Source of the DNA: a virus
Lineage: Duplodnaviria > Caudoviricetes
DNA length: 64,000 nt
Virus record (IMG/VR): IMGVR_UViG_3300014720_002243
Span: 20,700 to 84,699 of that record
Direction: 5' to 3' (one strand)
Shown here: one piece after another, positions 19,226 to 29,388 of the stretch
Layout of the letters: every line of letters begins with the position of its first letter
Position numbering within the stretch: the stretch's first letter is position 1
The notes under the pieces: model-generated
The model's input: the letters and a program-made list of their open reading frames with translations, nothing else
What the model was told of the DNA's origin: nothing
The model's database searches: none
Translations under genes and position numbers: made by a program

Positions 19226-20695
19226 TTATACTGCACTTTCTGGATTATATCTGTCTATTTCTATAGAAACTCCACTAATGCCATCTATAGCATTATTAAC
19301 ACTAAATACAGTTACATCGTCGGTGGTATCATAAGACGGACTAGTAGAAATAGTTCTTATTGTAAAAGCTTCACCAAAACCAGTATTATATTTAATAACA
19401 ACAAAATCGTTTATACTAAATTCTGTTGTTTTATCTCCGGAAAGGGTGACGCCGGTACCGCTAATCTCTCCTGCTCGTGTTACTCCTCCACAATACAAGC
19501 TATTTGATAACTCATTGGATTGTTCATTCTTGAAGTAAATAATAAGTTTTACTGCTCCTATAGATCCAGAATTCTTTCTTTCAGTATCTAATCCATATAT
19601 TCTCCATTCTCCTTGAGCATTAGTATTCTCAAAAGTAGACAGAGTATAGCCATATACGTTTATATTTTTAGTAGAATCAGTTTCATCAAAAGCTCCTTCT
19701 GGAAAAATATCTTTCGTAATTGGTTTTGGTCTTGCTGCTCCTAAATTTTTATTTGTTAATAAGGAGCTAAAATAGTGATTAACATTACCAACAGTGGGTT
19801 CTGAATCTGTTGGGTCAGCTCTTAAAGGAGTATAATCTGAAAGTATAAAAGATAAATTTCTTAATTTATTGTCAAAATTAAACTTATTGTTACTTACTAG
19901 TAATACTCCGCTACCAGCATGAGTAAGCAATAGTCTAACGTCTTGTGCAAAGTTATGGGACATGTTCTCTATCATTATGTCTATTCTTTCTATTACTTTA
20001 GATTCTGGAACATTGAATGATAGATACTTAGGATAAGAATTACCATAAGGATTTTCTAACACGTCTAAATCCTTAAGAATTAAAGATGTGTCACCATAAA
20101 AAGAAGGATCTGGATTAGTAAGAGAATAAATATTGGCATTACCTCCTATAAACTCACATGGCGAACCAATACAACTATCCAAAGCGGAAAAAGACACCTG
20201 TTCTTCTGTTACTATTGCTGCGTTACTTCCTGTTGACAAAGAAGCTCCACATCCTGGTATATTTACAGCTGGAATAAGTCTTCTCGTTAAATTTATATCT
20301 CCTTGTAATAATCTTTTGATTGTTTTCATACTTCCTTGAAAAAAATTGTCTGGTGTTAGTATTTCCAATTCATATTTAGCGTTAGACCATTCTATTGGAG
20401 GAGATGCTCCTGGTTGTAAAAATAGATTAGTCATTTCTGCTGATAGCTTTAAAGAAATAATCCCCTCTTCTGGACTAATAGAAAATGAGTAAAAAGGAGT
20501 AACTGTTTGTGCAACAGTTGTAAAAGTTATAACAGATAGATTCTGTGTCTCATTGTCTGGCGCTGGCAATATTCTTAATGTAACACAGTGATTAGACAGG
20601 TTTATGGGGGAGGCTGTCTCTGCGGTTAGGTATGTAAACTGAATAGAAAAAGATGTACCTTGTTCAATTGAAAAATTATATGTTGTTGCTGCCAT
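19226..20695 (-). CDS. Virion protein with N-terminal beta-sandwich and proprotein-convertase P-domain-like module
   Basis: N-terminal YNFSIEQGTSF; internal IDIMIENMSHNFAQDVRLLL...LSTFENTNAQGEWRIY..D...GSI pattern typical of P-domains. Confidence 0.5.
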   Translation of the reverse strand: MAATTYNFSIEQGTSFSIQFTYLTAETASPINLSNHCVTLRILPAPDNETQNLSVITFTTVAQTVTPFYSFSISPEEGIISLKLSAEMTNLFLQPGASPPIEWSNAKYELEILTPDNFFQGSMKTIKRLLQGDINLTRRLIPAVNIPGCGASLSTGSNAAIVTEEQVSFSALDSCIGSPCEFIGGNANIYSLTNPDPSFYGDTSLILKDLDVLENPYGNSYPKYLSFNVPESKVIERIDIMIENMSHNFAQDVRLLLTHAGSGVLLVSNNKFNFDNKLRNLSFILSDYTPLRADPTDSEPTVGNVNHYFSSLLTNKNLGAARPKPITKDIFPEGAFDETDSTKNINVYGYTLSTFENTNAQGEWRIYGLDTERKNSGSIGAVKLIIYFKNEQSNELSNSLYCGGVTRAGEISGTGVTLSGDKTTEFSINDFVVIKYNTGFGEAFTIRTISTSPSYDTTDDVTVFSVNNAIDGISGVSIEIDRYNPESAV

Positions 20696-20704
20696 GTTAT
20701 TTCC

Positions 20705-21220
20705 TTATGTATACATTCGTCTATAATATGCATTATTTGTACTAATCATTCTAGGATCAAAATTATTACCGACGAAAGGACTAAGAATAGCTCTAACTGA
20801 TGTTGCATCTTGTACATTCCAATGAGATGTTAATTCTTCATAGGTTGCACACGCTCCTTTTTCAATAACCATTTTCCATCCAGTTAAACTATTGGCTATA
20901 CTTAAGCTGGCTGGGCCAAGCACGGTCTTAATTCCTTCTAGTGCTGCTTTGGTTCTTAGTGTGCTTTGATCTATAATACAAGCTGTTTTAAGGCTAACTA
21001 AACTAATAAATATATCATCTTGGCTAACAGTAGGATCCGGAGTAATATTTGGATTTACTACATTTATATTATAGCTATTCTCTAAAGAAACATCAAATTG
21101 AACATATTTTGCTGCGACAGAGATAACTTGTAACAATCTCTCTTCACTATATGTTGGTGGATCGGACCAATCATTTATTAATGTTCGCACAATAATGGGT
21201 ATCTCGGTTTGCCAGCTCAT
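20705..21220 (-). CDS. Putative head-tail adaptor
   Basis: 171 aa directly after the capsid gene; N-terminal VRTLIND...YSEERL pattern. Confidence 0.5.
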   Translation of the reverse strand: MSWQTEIPIIVRTLINDWSDPPTYSEERLLQVISVAAKYVQFDVSLENSYNINVVNPNITPDPTVSQDDIFISLVSLKTACIIDQSTLRTKAALEGIKTVLGPASLSIANSLTGWKMVIEKGACATYEELTSHWNVQDATSVRAILSPFVGNNFDPRMISTNNAYYRRMYT

Positions 21221-21268
21221 ATTTTGACCCTCGTGCCTTTTTTGGTTATATCAATATTAAATACACCT

Positions 21269-21300
21269 AAAAAAAAAGGCCGGCGCAAGGCCAGCCTTAT
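21269..21300 (-). terminator. Intrinsic terminator after the major capsid gene
   Basis: Minus strand AAGGCTGGC-CTTGC-GCCGGCCTT followed by a long T-run. Confidence 0.75.
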
Positions 21301-21327
21301 TTTCGCTAACGAATTAGCTAATTAAAA

Positions 21328-22341
21328 TTAGAGAGCACCAAGAAGAACTCTGCGGTTGTCTAGAACAGCAAAGCCTTGCTCTGCCCAGCCGTAGAAACCG
21401 GCTCTCTTCTGACGATGTAGCGACTCGTCTTCGAAGATCTGAACCTGTTCACGAACTGGCATTATGAAGCTGTCTCTCTTGCGGAGGTCTAGACCAACTA
21501 CAACCTCTGACTTACCAGATGGTAGAGTACCATTTAGTAGGTTGCTATAGAATAGTTGGTATTCTTGACCTTCACCAAGCTCATCAACATCATGTAGATT
21601 GATGCCGAATACACGGTTGAGGGTACCGTCAGCGGCGGTATAGATCTCACGACGAGTTACTTCGTCAACTTGATCTAGACCCCAGCTACGAATATCCTCC
21701 ATAGCCTCGGGAGAAACATAAAGATCAGTCAACATACCACGGTTTGTTGAGGCAGAGTTACCGCCACCGTTTCTACGCATAACTGTCTTCATAAGGCTAA
21801 CCAAACGCTTGGTGAATAGACCATTTGCAGCATCGTTGTCAAATACAACGATATTGCGATCTACACCGGCGGCTAATAGAGTGTGCCAACCGTCGTCATT
21901 TAGCTTCTTAACGAACGAAGCCTCTAGAACCTCCATAGCACGACCAACAACATCCCAACGAGCATCGCGGGCATACTTTAAGAGATAGTCGATTGAAGAA
22001 CCAACGTCGTAGGTTGGGACCATGACGTAATCGCCTTCAACGTGTCTCTCTGGAATATATCCATGATTTGGAACAGTATAGGCTACGAAGTCTTTTTCTG
22101 TGCCAGGAGCAAGAAAATCTAGTGGGAACTCTGGAGTGGCGCCTTGTGCCAAAGTAATAGGCTCGAAGATGCCATCTAGAATATCTCCACTAAGAATACC
22201 TTGTCTTAGCGGTAGCTCTAGGGCTTTTGCAATTTGAGCATTAGCTTCTAGAGAGACTTCTCTTACGGGTGAACCAGAACGCACAAGAAGATCTGTAAGT
22301 TCTGTTGAGGGTTGAAACTTATTTACTTTGGCTGATGACAT
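21328..22341 (-). CDS. Major capsid protein (HK97-fold, inferred)
   Basis: 337 aa; follows protease/scaffold and decoration genes; C-terminal GFYGWAEQGFAVLDNRRV; strongly biased codon usage; own terminator. Confidence 0.8.
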   Translation of the reverse strand: MSSAKVNKFQPSTELTDLLVRSGSPVREVSLEANAQIAKALELPLRQGILSGDILDGIFEPITLAQGATPEFPLDFLAPGTEKDFVAYTVPNHGYIPERHVEGDYVMVPTYDVGSSIDYLLKYARDARWDVVGRAMEVLEASFVKKLNDDGWHTLLAAGVDRNIVVFDNDAANGLFTKRLVSLMKTVMRRNGGGNSASTNRGMLTDLYVSPEAMEDIRSWGLDQVDEVTRREIYTAADGTLNRVFGINLHDVDELGEGQEYQLFYSNLLNGTLPSGKSEVVVGLDLRKRDSFIMPVREQVQIFEDESLHRQKRAGFYGWAEQGFAVLDNRRVLLGAL

Positions 22342-22355
22342 TTTTTTCTCCCTTA

Positions 22356-22814
22356 TCAGGTAATATTGATATCTACTTTGACATAACCATCGGAATCTTT
22401 ACTACTGAGGAATCTTCCAACCTTAGTACTGTTGGTACTAACTGTTGTTAGATGCCCAGCTACGTCGTAGTAAGCATCAACGCCAGCCGATGGTGTTTGA
22501 CCAGAGGCTACCATGTTGGTTACAACTTGACCCTGACGTAGAAGAGTGACTTTGCCGCCCTTTTGGACTTCATCACGATGCCAGTTGATGTGCTGTCTTG
22601 TTAGATCAAGATCAACAACATCGTTTAACAATAGACCGGCGGGTTTTGTACCAGCGTTGACGCCTGTTGGATACATAACAACAGCACCAGCATCATCCAT
22701 AGATGCGCCGGCACCCGAAGTATTATGAACAACGATGCCTCCACGCTCGGCAACTGTATTCATGAAGAATGAAACATCTGTGTACTTTTCGATACGATCT
22801 GGTTTAAGAGCCAT
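22356..22814 (-). CDS. Putative capsid decoration/cement protein
   Basis: 152 aa between scaffold and capsid genes; PAGLLL...GKVTLLRQGQVVT pattern. Confidence 0.6.
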   Translation of the reverse strand: MALKPDRIEKYTDVSFFMNTVAERGGIVVHNTSGAGASMDDAGAVVMYPTGVNAGTKPAGLLLNDVVDLDLTRQHINWHRDEVQKGGKVTLLRQGQVVTNMVASGQTPSAGVDAYYDVAGHLTTVSTNSTKVGRFLSSKDSDGYVKVDINIT

Positions 22815-22829
22815 TTCTGTTCTCCCTTA

Positions 22830-24356
22830 TTAGTTTTTTAGAGTTTTACCTAGTCTGGAATAAACGAATTCAACCAAAGCTGCGCGAGTGTTCTCAGCAG
22901 ACGAGTCTACCTCTCCGCCTACACCAAGATTTACTTCTTCTTCAACTTCGGCTGTCTCAAGAATAGCTGGATCAGCAGCTTCGGCTTCAGAAGCTTTCTT
23001 CTTATCTTTCATTTCTTCCTCTTTGTCTTCTTCGTCTTTTTTAAGCCAAGGAGGCATTTTACCAGCAAAAAGACTGGTCATAGCTGCAAAAGCTTCGTCA
23101 TCTAATGACTCAAATTTATCTACTGTGGCCGAGGCCGTATCATTATCAATGCCTGCTTCGATTAGAGAAGCCATTCTTTTCATCTTCTTCTCTTTCTTGG
23201 CCATTTCTTCTTCTTTGTTCTTGTAAGCTGCAATGGTCTCATTAGCAGCATCAAGCTCACTTTTTACCTTCTTCATCTCTTCTTCTTTGAGCATTTCTTC
23301 TTCTGACTTTTTCTTAGCTGCTTCTTCTTTTTCAGTAGCGGCTAATTCAAGAGCAGAAGTTAGTTCTGTAATTTTGTCCTCGTGAGCTTTTATTGTGCCT
23401 TCGAGTTCGACTGTTTTATCTTTTAGAGTAGTAGCAGCTGTAAAGGCTTCTGACAAACCTTGTAAAGCTTCTAGCTTATTTTTGATTTCTGCTACTTCTG
23501 TCATAATAGGTTCAAGATCTAAACTCATAGTATTGTTCTCCACATTATTGGTTAACTGATCATTAGATACACCTGCTGTTGATAAATCTTCGCTTTTTTC
23601 CGTAAAAATTTTAGAACCCTCAGAAATTAGCTCTTTTGTAAAAATAATACTATCAGGATTTGCGGGCTTATTGACAAAACCCTTGCCTGAAAAAGTGATA
23701 TTTCTAAGGACTCTACCAATTTTATAGTTCTGATGTTCGCCAACTCCACCGTAGGCTCTAAGGTGTTTTGTTAAGTATGCTGTTTCATTATTCCTGGCTA
23801 ATATTTTATATTCTCCAGTACTTTTATTAATTAAACCATAATCAAAACCATTAAAGAAACACTCCATACTAACGTATTTGGTTCCGTCTTCTATTTCTGC
23901 TATAAGTTTAGCAGCTCTCTCCTTAAGCTCTGGATTGCTAAAACCCTTATAAATTACAGAACCTGTTAAAATATGATATTTATCTGGTAAATTTTCTATT
24001 GGAGTATTTTCATTAATTAATATTCCATCTTCTGTGATTGGCCAATTAGATATGATATGACCAATAATAACACTCTCATCATGCTCTAGATTGGTTGGCT
24101 TATGTTCTGGGGTATGTTTAGCCGCCCAAACTTCATTCTTATCAAATATATCGTCATTTTTATTCCATGACGAGCTAACTAAAATAGATTGGACATAATA
24201 TAAATCACTATCACTATAAAAAGCTAAACTCTTGATATGCTTAATATCAACAGGAGTATTAGAGCATGGAGAAGCTTCGGTGGCATATGATATAGCGGCC
24301 GAAGCTTTAATTTTTTCTTCTAGACCATCGGCTATTTCTTGCTCAAAGATTTGCAT
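22830..24356 (-). CDS. Prohead protease fused to a scaffolding coiled coil
   Basis: NKNDD, NLEHD, IIGHI, VSMEC and F-x-G-x-G-x-V-x-x-PA motifs, followed by an E/K-rich coiled-coil C-terminus. Confidence 0.75.
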   Translation of the reverse strand: MQIFEQEIADGLEEKIKASAAISYATEASPCSNTPVDIKHIKSLAFYSDSDLYYVQSILVSSSWNKNDDIFDKNEVWAAKHTPEHKPTNLEHDESVIIGHIISNWPITEDGILINENTPIENLPDKYHILTGSVIYKGFSNPELKERAAKLIAEIEDGTKYVSMECFFNGFDYGLINKSTGEYKILARNNETAYLTKHLRAYGGVGEHQNYKIGRVLRNITFSGKGFVNKPANPDSIIFTKELISEGSKIFTEKSEDLSTAGVSNDQLTNNVENNTMSLDLEPIMTEVAEIKNKLEALQGLSEAFTAATTLKDKTVELEGTIKAHEDKITELTSALELAATEKEEAAKKKSEEEMLKEEEMKKVKSELDAANETIAAYKNKEEEMAKKEKKMKRMASLIEAGIDNDTASATVDKFESLDDEAFAAMTSLFAGKMPPWLKKDEEDKEEEMKDKKKASEAEAADPAILETAEVEEEVNLGVGGEVDSSAENTRAALVEFVYSRLGKTLKN

Positions 24357-24375
24357 ATAATGCCCCTTTACTAAA

Positions 24376-26571
24376 TTATGATTCTAGTTTCGAATACACC
24401 ATAGAATAAAAAGAAGCTTTAGCCTGTTTCTGTTCTTCTACTGATAAATCTTTATTTAGATCATTTTTAATATTTTTTATCCAAACATTATAACCATTGA
24501 TAATATTATTAAAATCTTTTTCATTAGAAGTTACATTACTGAAAGAGTCTAATACTTTAGTTTCATCAATAATAGAAAAAGGATTAAAGCTAAATAATAT
24601 CTTTGTTTTAACTAGATCTGCTTCTTTAGTTTCTGTACTAGATAAGCTTCTCCAGTTTTTCTTTTTGTAGAAATCTAAAAATACAGGATTTAAAACTTCA
24701 CTAATTTTATCTTGAGCATTATTTGCCCAAATTTCTAAGCTAGCACCAGTTTGAGGACTAAATTCTTTGGTTTTTCTTTTTTCTGTATCTTTAGAAAGTT
24801 TAGGACGCCCCTGCTGAGGAACGCCTTTGTTACCTTGAGGAACAGGTTGACCTCCTCCGGGTGGAGATGCGGGAACTTTCATTTCCAAAGCTGACTTCTC
24901 TCCGCTCTTTTTCTTATCTAGTTCCAGCCCAACTTGACTGGGAGCAACCGATCCGTTCTGTAGTGCTATCTTCTTTAAAGAATTTTCAAACTGAGGATCA
25001 AACCATGGACCAGCTTTATTAACCATTCTTTCTGATTTCCTATCTCTATTTTCTCTATTAAGTCTTGTTTTTTCCATATCTGGATCTATGCCAAATCTAG
25101 TTTGTAACAACTCATCACTGATTAGATTTCTATCAACAAGCTGAACTAGTAGTGCTTTCTCTGCGTCCTCATTACTCAAGTCCATTCTATCAAATTCTAT
25201 TTTTGCAGCGTACTTGAAACCCATAGTTTTTTGTACGATTGCTATCTCTTTTTCCCAAAACTCTACAAGTATATCTCTTCCATACTGTAATCTTTGTGTG
25301 AGTGTTTTTAGACTAATAAAATTATTAGTAGTTCCTGCTGCCCCGAATGTTCCTGTAAGAGTTGGAGGAATACCTAATCCAGCATAGACACTATTAAGAT
25401 GTGGTATATATTTACCTTCTCCTAAAAATTGATGAACATTAGTTTTACTTTCAATAAGTTCTATATCAGGCCCCCATACTAAATCCATAGTACCACCGCC
25501 CATATTATTCCCTAAAATCTGTGCTAGTTTTGCGGTGGCTGCTTTTGTTGGGGCAATTTTATGTTCTAGGCTTCCTAGCTTAAAAATTCTAATATTACTA
25601 ATTGCACCATCTAATGCTGCTGTATCTGCTAATTTTAGTTTTTCTATTAATACAATATCATCCATGATAGCATATATCATAGGAAAAGCCCATGTTTGCC
25701 AATCATCTTTTTTGTAATGATATACTAGTGTTTTTTCTGGATCTAAAGGGTATGCTTTTTTTGTTTTTGCTGCTTCTATAATAGGGGATGGTAATTGTGC
25801 TATAACTTCTTTTTCAGCATCAGTCTTAGGAGTGTTGATAATTTTTCTAAGAGCGGCTGGTAAAACCAATTCATATTTCTTATTTGAAACGAATGATGAT
25901 AAAGGCCCAGCTGCAACATCAACGAAAACAGGATCTATAAAAGTATATCTCCAAGGAACTTCTCTTTTTTCTAGATTATTATTCTCTAGTTCATTGATCT
26001 GAAGATCGGATCCTGCAACAGCTTTATATAGCTGATCAGCGACTTTAAGATTTAGCTTTGCTGTTTGCCTATTGATAACAACATTACCTGTTTTGTAAAT
26101 GTTATTTAGGAATCTCTCTGATCTGTCTCTTCCTTTTACCTTTTTAAACCATTGTCTATAAAATCTCTCTATTCTTTTATTTTTATGAGATAATCTTATT
26201 CCTTGTGCTGCGAAATCTCCCATAAGATCTATTACATTCTTAACTAATCCCACTCTCTGGTAAACGTCCTCTGCTTTGGCTATTATCCTTTTTATTTCAG
26301 TAGGAATACTCTCTTGAGGTCTAAAGAAATCATAATCGGATCTTGTTAATCCGGGTCGGCCGCCAGTATTAGTATCTAGTCTAGAAAAATCTACATTATA
26401 TCTACGATTACCTACTGCTCTATCTATTAACGTATATTCGTCCAGTGACTGAGAAGCTGTTTTTAAGGCTTTTTGCTTACTATCCAAATCATCGCCCCAA
26501 GAAACATAAGCCTCTTCTGACAATGGTTGAGCGTTTTTTATAGAGCTATTTCTTGTAGTTTTTTTGGCCAT
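24376..26571 (-). CDS. Portal protein
   Basis: 731 aa between terminase and protease; C-terminal GRP motif; GLGIP segment. Confidence 0.75.
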   Translation of the reverse strand: MAKKTTRNSSIKNAQPLSEEAYVSWGDDLDSKQKALKTASQSLDEYTLIDRAVGNRRYNVDFSRLDTNTGGRPGLTRSDYDFFRPQESIPTEIKRIIAKAEDVYQRVGLVKNVIDLMGDFAAQGIRLSHKNKRIERFYRQWFKKVKGRDRSERFLNNIYKTGNVVINRQTAKLNLKVADQLYKAVAGSDLQINELENNNLEKREVPWRYTFIDPVFVDVAAGPLSSFVSNKKYELVLPAALRKIINTPKTDAEKEVIAQLPSPIIEAAKTKKAYPLDPEKTLVYHYKKDDWQTWAFPMIYAIMDDIVLIEKLKLADTAALDGAISNIRIFKLGSLEHKIAPTKAATAKLAQILGNNMGGGTMDLVWGPDIELIESKTNVHQFLGEGKYIPHLNSVYAGLGIPPTLTGTFGAAGTTNNFISLKTLTQRLQYGRDILVEFWEKEIAIVQKTMGFKYAAKIEFDRMDLSNEDAEKALLVQLVDRNLISDELLQTRFGIDPDMEKTRLNRENRDRKSERMVNKAGPWFDPQFENSLKKIALQNGSVAPSQVGLELDKKKSGEKSALEMKVPASPPGGGQPVPQGNKGVPQQGRPKLSKDTEKRKTKEFSPQTGASLEIWANNAQDKISEVLNPVFLDFYKKKNWRSLSSTETKEADLVKTKILFSFNPFSIIDETKVLDSFSNVTSNEKDFNNIINGYNVWIKNIKNDLNKDLSVEEQKQAKASFYSMVYSKLES

Positions 26572-26620
26572 AATTATAATAGTATTACATTAGGATTGAA
26601 TTGCTATTAATTATACACTG

Positions 26621-28651
26621 TTATCTATGATAAACACCAAAGAAGTCAGCGTCATTAGCTCCAGAGGTAAACCACTCTGGTCCTTTATACATATCTCCTT
26701 TATTTTCTACCATATCCCTAGTATTTCCTCCCACAATATCATAGCTCATAGGTTGCAAAGATATTCTTGCTTGCCTAGCCATCATGTTAGCTATGAGTAA
26801 AGCGCTATATCGGTCTTTTCTAAGTCTTCCCTTTTTACCATTTTGTAATTTTACTTCCGGAGTATCCCATCTGTCTCTGGCATTAGGACCCGTGCTAGTC
26901 TGAGTCATAACAATTGTGGTCAATTCGTTTTTTAGTTCTTCTATTTCTAAAATACATTCACTTAAATTATCATATATCGGAGTAAGATCAGATTCAAGTA
27001 TATCTTTTCCTTCTTTATCTAGAGCTAAACCTAACGTTAAACTATCAAATCTAGGGAATAGTACTGTTTTATCTTCTAAATCTTTTCTTAATCCATGATT
27101 AGCTTGGGCTGTCCAGTCTGCTTTAGCAAATTGTACCAATTCTAATATGTGTTGTCCCGGTTGATTATCTGTATCTTTTGATTTATCATAATTAATTATT
27201 GGCCAAATTAATTGCTCTCCATCTTCTAGTTTAGACGGATCGTGCAAAGCTTCTTCTATTGCTACTCCTCCTCCCTGAGCATCCAACCCTATTTTTACAC
27301 ACGGAAAAACTTTCATCAGATTACGTATCTTTCTAGTGCAAAACCCATAAAAATCATATTCTTTAACTAGGCCGGTTTTTTGTCTTTCTTTAAAATTGCT
27401 TCTATTAGTTGTCCAACAGTATACTACTCTAGCATGTGTTGGATGAACCTCTAAAACAACAATACTAAAGTTATCTTTCTCTGAGGCCGGGTCTATTCCA
27501 AACACATATTGTGCAGATGAGTTTCCGATTGTCTGTGCGTCAAAAATTATTGGTTTTTCATCAAAAATTATAGGGTTAGCATCATTTACTACACAGCTTT
27601 CTATTAAACTTCTCTTAAAGAAGCCTTGACTATCTGTTACGAAACACGCTGCATATTCCATATTGTATATGCCAGTATGAATTGTAGCTTTAGCTCTTGC
27701 TACTTGTTTATCATCCATGAATCCTTTAGGAATTAATTCATAAGGCATTCTTACTATAGAATAGTCTTTCCAATTAAACGTTTGAGGTACTTCTCCTTTA
27801 AAAATATTTTCTAGTTTTGTAGGATCTCCTTTGCTTTCTATAATAGCTTTATATCTTCTCCAATAGCTAGCAAAATGCTTAAAAGCATAGTCTGCTGTTC
27901 CAGCTATAATAGCTTGATTTCCCATTTTATAATCTAGTGCTTCTAACTGCTCATTCCATATTCCAGCTTCTGCCATTGCTTGTTTTTTAGCTTGTTCTTT
28001 AACATTCTGAATAGGACTGGCACTAACGGCGGCGAATCCAGAAACCACAGTCTCATAAATATCTGGTGATATCGATGCAAATTCGTCTGCTATAATTATA
28101 TGCGCTCTTAAACCTCTGATTTTAGATCCATCACCCATGGGAATAGCTATAACCCAGCTATCTCCTAATCTTAATGTACAACGATCAACGTCTCTTCTTG
28201 GTCCGTCATCATTACCTGAAAATATGCTTCTTAAAACAGGGCTGGTTCTCCAGATGTTTTCCATATATTCGAAAAGAATTTTACTCTGTCTAAATGCAGC
28301 TCCAACTACAACGATTTTTGTGCCCGGCTTAAATACGCAGCGTAATATACAATATAATGACATGATAAAGCTTTTACCAAAACCACGACTAGCTATAAAC
28401 ATAGGGAATGACCTAATCCAAAATTCTTGTAATATTGCGATTTGAATAGGATGCAATTCGATACCGAATAATAATTTACATGTAACACCAAAATATTTAG
28501 GATTGCAAAGCAATCTCATAAGATGCAAGTCGGGATTTTCTATATCCTCTTTGCTTCTATGAATCATTAAGTTTTGAGTAGTAGGTATTAGAGATAAGTC
28601 TCCAAGACCTAACCACGCATCTTCAAATATCTTTTTGTTGATCTTTTGCAT
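26621..28651 (-). CDS. terL: Terminase large subunit
   Basis: Walker A SRGFGKS, IRGLRAHIIIADE Walker B, nuclease GIDPA and KDRYSAL motifs. Confidence 0.9.
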   Translation of the reverse strand: MQKINKKIFEDAWLGLGDLSLIPTTQNLMIHRSKEDIENPDLHLMRLLCNPKYFGVTCKLLFGIELHPIQIAILQEFWIRSFPMFIASRGFGKSFIMSLYCILRCVFKPGTKIVVVGAAFRQSKILFEYMENIWRTSPVLRSIFSGNDDGPRRDVDRCTLRLGDSWVIAIPMGDGSKIRGLRAHIIIADEFASISPDIYETVVSGFAAVSASPIQNVKEQAKKQAMAEAGIWNEQLEALDYKMGNQAIIAGTADYAFKHFASYWRRYKAIIESKGDPTKLENIFKGEVPQTFNWKDYSIVRMPYELIPKGFMDDKQVARAKATIHTGIYNMEYAACFVTDSQGFFKRSLIESCVVNDANPIIFDEKPIIFDAQTIGNSSAQYVFGIDPASEKDNFSIVVLEVHPTHARVVYCWTTNRSNFKERQKTGLVKEYDFYGFCTRKIRNLMKVFPCVKIGLDAQGGGVAIEEALHDPSKLEDGEQLIWPIINYDKSKDTDNQPGQHILELVQFAKADWTAQANHGLRKDLEDKTVLFPRFDSLTLGLALDKEGKDILESDLTPIYDNLSECILEIEELKNELTTIVMTQTSTGPNARDRWDTPEVKLQNGKKGRLRKDRYSALLIANMMARQARISLQPMSYDIVGGNTRDMVENKGDMYKGPEWFTSGANDADFFGVYHR

Positions 28652-29111
28652 GTTTTGTATGTACTCTTTTCATAATCGACATGGCTGTTTTTTCTGCCCA
28701 ACTAGGACAACCGCAAAAGATAACATGTATACCATAATACATTTGTAACTCTACTAAATATTTTAGTATATATGCTGGTTGTATTTTAATATTCTTCCAT
28801 AGTTTTTGAGGAACATCCGAGCCTATGGGGTAATTCATCAATTGATCATAATCACATTCAATCAAGATAAAAGCATACTTATAACCAGACATTCTTTCTA
28901 TTACATCTTTAAATCTTTTTTCCGTAATATTATTAGCAATTTCTGCTATGCCCTTTTTTCGCTCAATGCATAAAAGATGCTCTAATCCTTCTATAGAATA
29001 ATCTCCGGTATCTAGTTTACGATTAGCTATAGAATGGTACGGAAACTCCCAAGGTTGTTGTTCTCTTGTATCTATAATAACGGTAAATTCTGAGTTTTCT
29101 TGATTATTCAT
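28623..29111 (-). CDS. ERCC4/XPF-type nuclease
   Basis: IIDTREQ...LDTGDYSI...IERK signature. Confidence 0.85.
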   Translation of the reverse strand: MNNQENSEFTVIIDTREQQPWEFPYHSIANRKLDTGDYSIEGLEHLLCIERKKGIAEIANNITEKRFKDVIERMSGYKYAFILIECDYDQLMNYPIGSDVPQKLWKNIKIQPAYILKYLVELQMYYGIHVIFCGCPSWAEKTAMSIMKRVHTKHAKDQQKDI

Positions 29112-29388
29112 AATTTTTTTTATTATCTAGTAATCTTAATAACGTTCCAGCATAAATTTCTTCCATACCTTTAATGCTATCGTGATGATATTTACACAGT
29201 GTTATACCGTTATTGATATCAAATCTTAATCCTGGATATTGTGACCAAGATTTAATATGATGAGCATTTAGTTTTTTCTTTTGTAAACATCCAGGCCACT
29301 GGCATTGATGCTTATCTCTCGTATAAACCCGTTTTCTCCATTCTTTATAAATTGGATCTTTGAAATTTCTAAACATGTTCATTCTCAA
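29104..29388 (-). CDS. HNH endonuclease
   Basis: RD..CQ..C...AHHI...NGITLC..HH motif. Confidence 0.85.
   Translation of the reverse strand: MRMNMFRNFKDPIYKEWRKRVYTRDKHQCQWPGCLQKKKLNAHHIKSWSQYPGLRFDINNGITLCKYHHDSIKGMEEIYAGTLLRLLDNKKNYE

Noticed and set aside
26621-28651. Intein or intron in the terminase
   Set aside because: The ATPase and nuclease motifs are contiguous, with no splicing motifs or frame breaks.
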